Origin: Amoebophrya sp. A120 | Lineage: Eukaryota; Protista; Dinoflagellata | Direction: 5' to 3' | Length of the DNA stretch: 64,000 bases | Assembly (NCBI GenBank): GCA_905178155.1 | Contig: CAJINV010000022.1 | Coordinates: 310,001 to 374,000 of the forward strand | Shown: positions 1 through 9,400 of the stretch, one piece after another | Layout: the number at the start of each line of letters is the position of its first letter | Numbering within the stretch: position 1 is the stretch's first letter | Made by a program: the position numbers and the translations under genes | The notes under the pieces: generated by a model | Database searches by the model: none | The model's input: the letters and a program-made list of their open reading frames with translations, nothing else | Told to the model about the DNA's origin: nothing

Positions 1-461
1 AGAGTAGAAGTTGGTGGAGGTGGCAAGGTCACTATTGCTCGTCGTGGTCTGTGGTAATATTCTTGCAAAAATCGCGCGCGTCGTTTGTTGATACAGATAT
101 CGCTTCTCGTCGACTACTTCGGTTTCGATGTTTTGGTAAAACTGCAAAAAATCGCCTTCAATTTTCTTACAAATCTTTTTCGTTTCTCTTCACTACTCGA
201 CGTTGTGAGCAGGAGGTTTATTCTAGACTACTTTGTCAAGATGAGCAGTTTCATCGACTATTAGAAGAAGCAACTACTCAGGTTGATACTACGGAAGATT
301 TTTTGAACGAGATTCTTTAAGTGAGTAAGTATGTGGTGAAGCTACGTCGACCAGCACCTCGTCAGAAAAAGAACGACCGAAAGGCTCGACATCAGGCCGG
401 CTTGGTGTGATGAACACAACATCTTTATACGTGACAAACTAAGCGCAAAAATAAACAAGCC

Positions 462-3400
462 ATGCTCGTGAATAGAGGCTTGGAGCAGTATCCGCCACCA
501 GGAGGACCGGGGTCGACGTCCTATCAACTGCAAATATGCCTGGGTCTGGAAGGATCCAACTTGTGATGCTGTCTTTGGATTCTGATTACAAGACTAATAA
601 TGATCATTAGCGCTATTCTGGGCCTCAGGCCCCCCCTCAGGCCCCCCCTTAGGCCCCCCCTCAGGCCCCCCCTCGACCCCTAAGGCCCCCCCTGAGGCCC
701 CCCCTCAGGCCCCCCATGAGGCCAAAAAAGGCCCCCCCTAAGGCCCCCCCTGAGGCCCCCCCTGGGGCCCCCCCTTTTGCCCAAAGGGGGGGGGTTAGGC
801 CCCCCCTTAGGCCCCCCCTTTTTTTCGTGTTCGCAGACGCCCAGAGCCAAAAAAGGCCCCCCCTAAGGCCCCCCCTGAGGCCCCCCCTAAGGCCCCCCCT
901 GATGCCCAAGGGGGGTGGGTTGGGTCCCCCCCTTAGGCCCCCTCTTTTTTTCGCGAGCGTTCGCAGACGTCTGGCACAGAACATAAAGCCAGGCAGATCA
1001 TCGCCGACCATTTCTTTGACGCAGGCAGCGACCGAACAATCCCGGGCGGCGCCACGCGCTGTCTACCTTGGCTGGTCCGCCGGTTCTCATTCTGATTGCG
1101 GGCGGGGCCGCTTTGGTTTTGGACACAATAAACAAAGTCACGAAGTGAGTCCTTGGCTTTGGCTTCATATTTTGGCTACCGCCCCGGCTTTGTCCTTTGA
1201 TTTTAATTACTGGCGGGGCCGCTTCGGAATGCATGACACGCATGCCCTGTAGCCCTCCTGGACAATGCTATGCGCTGCGCAGTCGAAGGCGCCGGCAAGG
1301 CTCTTCGGAATGCTTTTCGTTTTCTACCGAAAAGCCGAACGGGATACGAGGCCCTTCCTGAGGCCCCTCTAAGACCCCCCCTTTGGCCAGTCCGGAAGGG
1401 CCCTCGCTCCCTCGGGCGTTCTGCCCTGACGGTTTGCTTGCTTTGCTTGGAGGCCCGCTAAGCGAGCCCCGGCGCCGGCAAATGCCCGAGCCTGAGGCCC
1501 CCCGGAAGGCCCCCCCGCTGGAACAGGAGCCCTGAGGCCCCCCGGAGGCCGCCCCGGAGGCCCCCCCCGGCAGAGGCCCCCCCGGAGGCCCCCCCTTTGG
1601 TCAGCCCGGAGGGGCCCTCCTGTCTTCTGCCCTGAAGCTTTGCTTGCTTTGCGTGAAGGCCCGCCGGGCGAGCCCCGGCGCCGGCCAATGCCCGAGCCTG
1701 TGGCCCTATTCATTGACAGCCCTGAGGCATCCCTGCGGCCCCCCCTACGGCCCCCCCCAATGGCCCCCCCTAAGGCCCCCCCTTTGGCCAGCCCGGAAGG
1801 GCCCTCGCTCCCTTGGGCCTTCTGCCCTGAAGTTTTGCTTGCTTTGCTTGAAGGCCTGCCAAGCGAGCCCCGGCGCCGGCACTCACATGCCCGAGCCGGA
1901 GGCCCCCCGCAAAGCCCCCCCGAACAGAAGCCCTGGGCCCCCCCCATGGCCGCCCCGGGGGCCCCCCCCCGAAGGCCCCCCCTGTGGTCAGCCCGGGAGG
2001 GCCCTCGTGTCTTCTGCCCGGAAGCTTTGTGTGCTTTGCGTGAAGGCCCGGCCCGCCAAGCGAGCCCCGGCGCGCGCCGGCAAATGCCCGAGCCTGCGGC
2101 CCTATTGATGACAGCCGTGAGGCCTCCCGCATGGGCCCCCCCCCCAAGGCCCCCCCTGAGGCCCCCCCTTTGGCCCCCCCTTTGGCCCTCGCTCCCTCGG
2201 GCCTTCTGCCCTGAGGCTTTGCTTGCTTTGCTTGAAGGGCTGCCAAGCGAGCCCCGGCGCCGGCACATGCCCGAGCCTGGGGCCCCCCGCAAAGCCCCCC
2301 CGAACAGAAGCCCTGCGGCCCCCCGGAGGCCGCCCCGGAGGCCCCCCCTCGCCCTGCCCAGGCCCCCCCTTTGGCCAGCCCGGAAGGGCCCTCGTGTTTT
2401 CTGCCCTGAAGCTTTGCTTGCTTTGCGGGAAGGCCCGCCAAGCGAGCCCCGGCGCCGGCCAATGCCCGAGCCTGTGGCCCTATTGACAGCCCTGAGGCCC
2501 CCCCTAAGGCCCCCCCTGAGGCCCCCCCTAAGGCCCCCCCTAAGGCCCCCCCTAAGGCCCCCCCTGAGGCCCCCCCTGAGGCCCCCCCTTTGGGCAGCCC
2601 GGCAGGGCCCTCACCCCCTCGGGCCTTCTGCCCTGGTGCTTTGCTCGCTTTGCTTGAAGGCCTGCCAGGCGAGCCCCGGCGCCGCCACATTCCCGAGCCA
2701 GCCCGAGGCCCCCCGCCCGCAAAGCCCCCCCGAGCCGAAGCCTTGAGGCCGCCCCGGAGGCCCCCCCTAAAGCCCCCCCCTTTGGCCAACCCGGAAGGGC
2801 CCTCGTGTCTTCTGCCCTGAAGCTTTGTTCGCTTTGCGTGAAGGCCCGCCAAGCGGGCCCCGGCGCCGGAAAATGCCCGAGCGGGCGGCCCTATTGACAG
2901 CCCGGGGGCCCCGCCAAAGGCCCCCCTAGGGCCCCCCTTGAGGCCCCCCCTTTGGCCAGCCCGGAACCCCTCGCGCCCTCGGGCCTTCTGCCCTGAAGCT
3001 TCCCTCTGCTTGAAGGCCTGCCAAGCGAGCCCCGGCGCCGGCTCAATCATGCTTGAGCCGGAGGCCCCCCGCAAAACCCCCCCGATGGAACAGAAGCCCT
3101 GCGGCCCCCCTGCGGCCGCCCCGAAGGCCCCCCCCCGCCCGGCCGAGGCCCCCCCCTCTGGCCAGCCCGGAAGGGCCCTCCCTGTCTCGCTCCCTCGGGC
3201 CTTCTGCCCTGGAACTTTGCTTGCTTTGCTTGAGGGCCCGCCAAGCGAGCCCCGGCGCCGGCAAACGCCCGAGCCTGAGGCCCTCATGACAGCCCGGAGA
3301 CCCCCCCTAAGGCCCCCCCGAAGGCCCCCCCGGAGGCCCCCCCCGAGGTCCCCCCCGGAGGCCCCCCTAAGGCCCGCCCGGAAGGGCCCTCGCTCACTCG

Positions 3401-6400
3401 GGCCTTCTGCCCTGACGCTTTGCTTGCTTTGCTTGAAGGCCCGCAGAGCGAGCCCCGGCGCCGGCAGATGCCCGGGCCTGAGGCCCCCCGCGAGGCCCGC
3501 CCGAACAGAAGCCCCGGGGGCCCCCCCGACCGAGGCCCCCCCCATTGGCCGGGCCGGGCGGGCCCTCGCTCCCTCTCCCGGGCTTTCTGCCCTGAGCCTT
3601 TGCTTGCTTTGCGTGAAGGCCCGCCAAGCAAGCCCCTGCGCCGGCCAATGCCCGAGCCTGAGGCCCTACCGGCAGCCCTGCGGCCCCCGGGGGGAAGGCC
3701 GCCCCGGAGGCCCCCTCTAAGGCCCCCCCTTTGGCTAGCCCGGAAGGGACCTCGCTCCCCCGGGCCTTCTGCCCTGGAGCTTTGCCTGCTTTGCTTGAAG
3801 GCCCGCCAAGCGAGCCCCGGCGCCGGCTTCTTTTGCGTAGTTGCTGGGCGGAGGGGCGCCAAAAGATATTTCTGCTTTTCTTTTGAGTTGGCACACGGCC
3901 AGAACGAAGCCCAACCACTTCGGCCCGCCCGTCCCTTGCCTTGGTGCGTTTTTACTCGGCCGCCGCCCCTCCATCGCCCGGCCCCCCCCATCGATCGTCA
4001 TCCCGCGGCTGACGCCTTCGATAGATTAGCGCGCGCATGATCGGGCGCAGCAACTGAAGTCCCCACGCCCCGGAGGTGTTCTGGGTGTAGAAATAGGGCC
4101 GGGCCACCACAGTACGAACGCAAAAGCCCGGCGAATGTCTGCACCACGACACTCACTTGCCCCATCGCCGGGGCCGCATGATCAGCGGGGCCGCTTCGCA
4201 GTGTTGTTAGGTAGTTTATCACGCACCGGAGACGGCGCCTCGACTTGCCTGAGCCTTTGGGTCGCCACATTTCCGCTCCGCTTCCGCTGTGCAGGTGTCA
4301 GAAGGCCTGTCGGCTTCTTACTTCAGAGCTGGCAGGCAGCTGCTCTGTGTGTACCCGAGGCGCCTTTCTGCTTTCTGTCTACAGCTGCTGCCCCTACAAC
4401 TTTATGTAGCGCGCGCACTGATCTCCTGTCGCGCTACTCTTCCTGAGCGCTACCCCTGCCCCGCCCTTCCTCCTTCCCAGGAAGCCCAGCCCAACAATCC
4501 TAATGATCATGCTTATGCAAAAAAATCAAGTTCAAGAAAGGGTCGCCCTTCAGGGCGACCCGTTTTCTTGTAAAATTAAAATCTGTATTGCATGACTAGC
4601 AAGAGGAGTCCAGTTTATGCCATGTGGAGAACGGAGAGGGCATTTCCATTTCTCATGCGGAATAGGCATCGGGAAGCCCTTCTGTGACGGTAGGCCATGA
4701 ATTACAGGCGTCATGGGTCATGATGCAGAGTATGCATTACAAACCTGGCAGCCTTCCAGACCCAGACATATTTGCAATGCATACGTCCTCTCCGACCGGC
4801 GCGATGGAACAGACTACGACCATTTCCCCCACCCGGACGGCCGCCTACGGGATTAAACGCGACGTAAAGCGTGTGAACCCGGTTGCGCACGAGCATGTGG
4901 AGGAGATCGAGAAGCTACTGTTAACGGTGTCGAGGGAATTCCCAACGATCGGCTACACGCAGGGAATGCACGAGGTACTGATGTTCAGTTCTTCTGCAAC
5001 TTCCACCAGATGAGAAGATGCTTTTCTTCATCTTTTCTTCCATCGTTGAGATTTTCCATAGTTCTCGTCCCAGGCGGTTGTCCGGACCACTGGAGAGTCA
5101 TGCATTTGATGTTCCATTCAGAGATGTACGTAGATTGGCGTAGTCTTGTCATGCAAAAGAACCTGCTGCATCATTCCCGAACAAAACACAACAAGGTCGC
5201 CGCCGTTCTGGTCTACCGCCATTCTTCCATGCACGCTCTCCCCGGTTTATGTATCAAAAACGTAGTTCTTGTGTTGTGTACGTAGGACAAATAGCATAAA
5301 CTTCGCTCGGAAGTAACTCAACTTCTTATGCTGACCAAGGTACAGAAAAGACAGTTGTCACGCGTGACGGCAATTATGAAAGAATAGTACTGACGAACAA
5401 GATACTTTGCGATGCATAAACCTCCCCCTTGGACGACTTCCGAACGCTGCTGAGTAACTGCGGCGATATATCCTGAGTAAAAACGTACCCACACCAGAGT
5501 TGCAATGCAGATTTGCAAAGACAGGAAGACTTGTAACGCGCATCCCCATGAGAGCCATTTCTAATCGTGTTTTGGAATTTGTGATGCTGTGAACAGGATG
5601 AGCAGGCGCATCTGTGATGCGGCTGCACTTGCTAACCTGCACTACACTGCATAGTGCAACTTGTCATGCGTGACTCACAAAAATCCTAGGTTTGTGTTGC
5701 AAAATCCCCATCTTGACTCTGGTGCGGGTACGTTTTTACTCAGGATACGATATGTGGCGGGACGGCATGCCGAAAATTCACGAGGCGGTGCTGATTGTGA
5801 ATAACCTGCTCCACAAGCACTTACCCAGACTCCACCATCACTGGTTCACGTCCTGTCAGCCAAAGGTGGACACGCTGTCTATGGCGTTCTCAAACGTTAC
5901 ATTTTCAACTGTTACATGAATTTGTGATGCAAGAATGGGAAAAGTGAAAGGGGGAAGGCGGCACCTGTAGCATTACAAATTTCGCACAGATTTAGGTGCG
6001 GTCTAGCCCTTCGCAAATTTGTCATGCGAAGCAGCTTAATCATGAGGATGATGATGGTGCTTTTGCATGACAAATTCATGTAACAGTTGAGAGTGTAACG
6101 CTTGAGAACCCCATACTGTCAATCCTGCCGAACGGGTTGTTTTATGCATAATTGTGAAAGTAGTACTATCGCACTTCTTGCATTACAAAATTGCTCTGCA
6201 TGAAAAAAGAAAATCTGGAGTTCTTTGTCATGCTACTTCACCTTGGGAAGCAGATTTATCATGCAGTACAACTAGTACGAGTGCGATACTTAACTTTTGC
6301 AATGCATACACCAACCCTTTTCGTCCACTGGTTTGGGTTTGACAACGCCTGTCACCACGTGGTGTCCTTTCTCGTGAAGGAGAAGTACCCGGCTTTCCTC

Positions 6401-9400
6401 GCGGTTGTGCTATGAAGGCCTCAGAAGGGAAATCCTCAAAGTGAAAATAGTTTGTAATGCAAAAAAACACTCCAGTTGAAGCGCCACTTCTAGGGGGCGC
6501 ATGACAAATTTCCCGGGCACTCAAAGCATGTCTGTCATGCAGGTTAAGGCAAAGGGGTGCCCTTCTCTCGTGCTAATCAACACTCCAATTCTTAACCCGT
6601 AGGAAGACAATAGCCGGCCTCCATTGCGTCCTCTGCAATACAGTCTTTTTTGCGTCGCATTTCATGCATCACAAATTTGAGGATTTCCATTCTGAGGCTG
6701 TCATATGTGCTAGGCACGTTTGAGTACTTGGCGAACTCCGCCGGGATTTTGGAGCGAGATTTCGAAGAGTCCTATCCAAGAAAAAAACGTTGTTAGTGTA
6801 AATTTGTGATGCGCAACATGCAAGATGATTGCGTCTGTCATGCTTGGCATGCATCGTAGGGTCCATTGAAGGGCATTTTCGCATACTATCTGCGCATGAC
6901 AGGTTTTTGCTGTCATGCCAGACAAATTTGTAATGCTGTTCCTCCAAAAAAGTTACACCTACAATGTTTTTTTCTTGGATAAGTCCATGATTTACTTCAG
7001 TAAGGAGATGCTGATCCGGTTCCAGGTGTCACGTATCCCTTGCAGAATCATCTTCGCTCGCACTGCATCGAAATTTGCAACGGCTAAACTGCACGATATT
7101 GTGAACAAATGCACATGCTCGTCATCATAGTACTTATCCGCATTTACAAATTTCGTGCGCGTGCGCGCGCAGGTGGTTTACTTTTGCAGCAGGATACTCC
7201 GGCAAGAAGACGTGAACAGCTACAACAAGATGCAGAGAGTGTATCACAGGAAAAAGTGTTAACGTCAACGAAACTTGTGATGCAGCAATGCATGATCACT
7301 AAACGAATAAACGTGCCAAATAAATTTGTCATGCATAGCATGCGTATTGGGCTACATTTGTGATGCATGGCTGCAATCTGTGAATAAAACCTTTAAAAAC
7401 GTTAACACTTTTTCTTGGGATAGATTGCTGCAGGAAATCATGGACCTGGCGCGGGGGAAGTACTTGGCGATTGCAAAAGAGGAGTTAAAATACAGTGTGG
7501 AACCCAACCGCGAAATTTCGCCGGCGCCGAGTGTCGCCCAGTACTCGGTGAATTCAAATTCGTTCGGAACAAGAGGAGGTGTAGGTCCTGGAGCCATGGC
7601 AAATGTGATCCCCCTTACGGAGCAAAATTTGTCCCAGCTACCGCTGAAGTCCAGCGTAGACACGACGCAGCCGGCTGCAGGTGCGCAATATGGATTGCAA
7701 ATGTGTCTGGGTCTGGAAACTTGTGATGCTGGGCTGTGAACAGACAATGCCCTGTAATGCACAGCAGAACATAATGAGAAATATGTGCTCGGCTATAGTG
7801 CTGCGCTTTCTGCGTGACAAGCTGCGTTTTCGCATGACAAGGACAAGGGTCTCTTGTTGGACACACATCACAAGTGTTTCTGTCATGCCAGACAAGCATG
7901 ATAAGGATAACCTTGTTGTATCCTTCCAGACCCAGACATATTTGCAGTTGATACGCAAGGAAGTGGCGCTAATCCACGAACCACCGGACCAGGTAGTGTT
8001 CCAGGACCAGGCTCTGCAGTACCATTAGAGCAGTCTTACCTCATCTCTCCCCAGCAACAGCGGGAGCAGCAACGAGAGCGGGACTTGCAGCAGACCCTGC
8101 AGCAACAGCGACAACTGCAGGAACTGCAGCACCGACAAGCCGAGTTGAGTTACCAGCAAAACCGCCAGGTGCAGATTTCCAACGAACGGCCGGAGGAACT
8201 GAGCCCGTTTTTGCAGATCGGCGGAGCCAGGTCGAGTTCCAGCTTTCAGCATATGCACCGCAAATATGTCTGGGTCTGGAAAACTGCAACGTTTGTCATG
8301 CACATTTTTTTTACATGGCCGATGACATGATCCAGGGATCATTATATTTGCAACGCATACAGCAGGATCTACCAGCACGGTTGCCGCAGCAGCCGGCCTC
8401 GAAGGGTGGAATGACAATGCCGGGGACGAGTGTGAACCTAGGTATATTTAAAAAGACGTACCTAATTTAAGTATTTTGATACTTCTGTGGTCAGCTGACA
8501 GTGCATTGCTCACTGCTCGCCTTCCATATTGTCATCAATGCTGCAGCACGACAAGAAAAGCAAAGCAAACTCCTTCAGGTGGAGCTCCACCCCAGCAACA
8601 CCCCCATCCGTCCTCCAACAGCGTCGCTGAGACCGGTAGTGTATGACAATGCACAACTCCCCCTCCCCCTCATTTGTATAGCATGAACGGCAATACAAGC
8701 ATCCGCAAGAATGTCGGTTTTGCATGACAAATTTGCACTGGATTGTAGTGCTCTTTGGGCTTCCAGGATTTGTCATGCAAACAGTGCTACAAGGCAGCAG
8801 CTGGATTTGGGATTTTGCATTACAAAGGAGTGGGAAGGGGGGTTGTGCACTTTCATATAGTGCGAAAGGAAGCTACTTGATCAAACCGAAAAACTCCACG
8901 GCCTCCCGGCCCCAAGCGGACCGGCAGTACTTGGAACAACAGGTTTACGGCACCAGAGGGACGACACCACAGTCCGTACACAACAATAACCCCACAACCT
9001 CTACTCCGAACCGCAATCCGTATGGCGCGTCTAATTCCTACGCCGACGAATTTAGTCAGGAGCAGTTACTGAACCAACGGTCGCCGTCTATCGCAGCGGG
9101 ATATTCCGTTACCAGCAACCCAGGCGTGGGCGTTAATATTTCTGCAACATCAATAAACAATCCGTCACATGGAGGCGCTGGCGGTCCTGCCACACCCTCG
9201 CAGCAGCTGCATCAAATGAACCTCATAAACACTGCCGCAAGCAACAGCCGGAACACCAATAATTATCCGTTTCACGCGGACGATAGGAGATCGGACTACA
9301 ATTTTGATACCAGGACGAACAAATCCGAAAATAACCACCCTGGGTCGCAGATTCAATCGCAATTGGAAACGCAGTTGCAGCGGGTGAGTGACGACAACAA

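Larger units (their letters stand above)
586..4573. mobile_element. GC-rich non-autonomous element nested in the introner (Helentron/HINE-like or TA-flanked TIR element)
   Basis: Interrupts the family A body. Terminal inverted repeat TTACAAGA (586-593)/TCTTGTAA (4566-4573). Asymmetric subterminal inverted repeat ATGATCATTAG (600-610)/CTAATGATCAT (4500-4510). 3' hairpin at 4533-4570. Tandem-repeat core. Confidence 0.55.
522..4783. mobile_element. TIR introner family A, expanded to 4.26 kb by a nested insertion
   Basis: Left end TATCAACTGCAAATATGCCTGGGTCTGGAA, right end TTCCAGACCCAGACATATTTGCAATGCATA. Direct repeat CGTCC at 517-521 and 4784-4788. Removal joins GSTS|SPTG in frame. Confidence 0.85.

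Noticed and set aside
51-320. 89-aa ORF as first exon of the TBC gene
   Set aside because: Non-ATG start, ends in a stop, and ATG 462 already gives an in-frame first exon preceded by an in-frame stop.
620-945. Telomeric repeat (TTAGGG-like on the minus strand)
   Set aside because: Units are ~12 bp with variable G-tracts and lie inside an element. They are not tandem TTAGGG or TTTAGGG.
661-4040. Long Pro/Gly/Arg-rich ORFs on both strands
   Set aside because: By-product of a stop-poor GC-rich satellite lying inside an intron.
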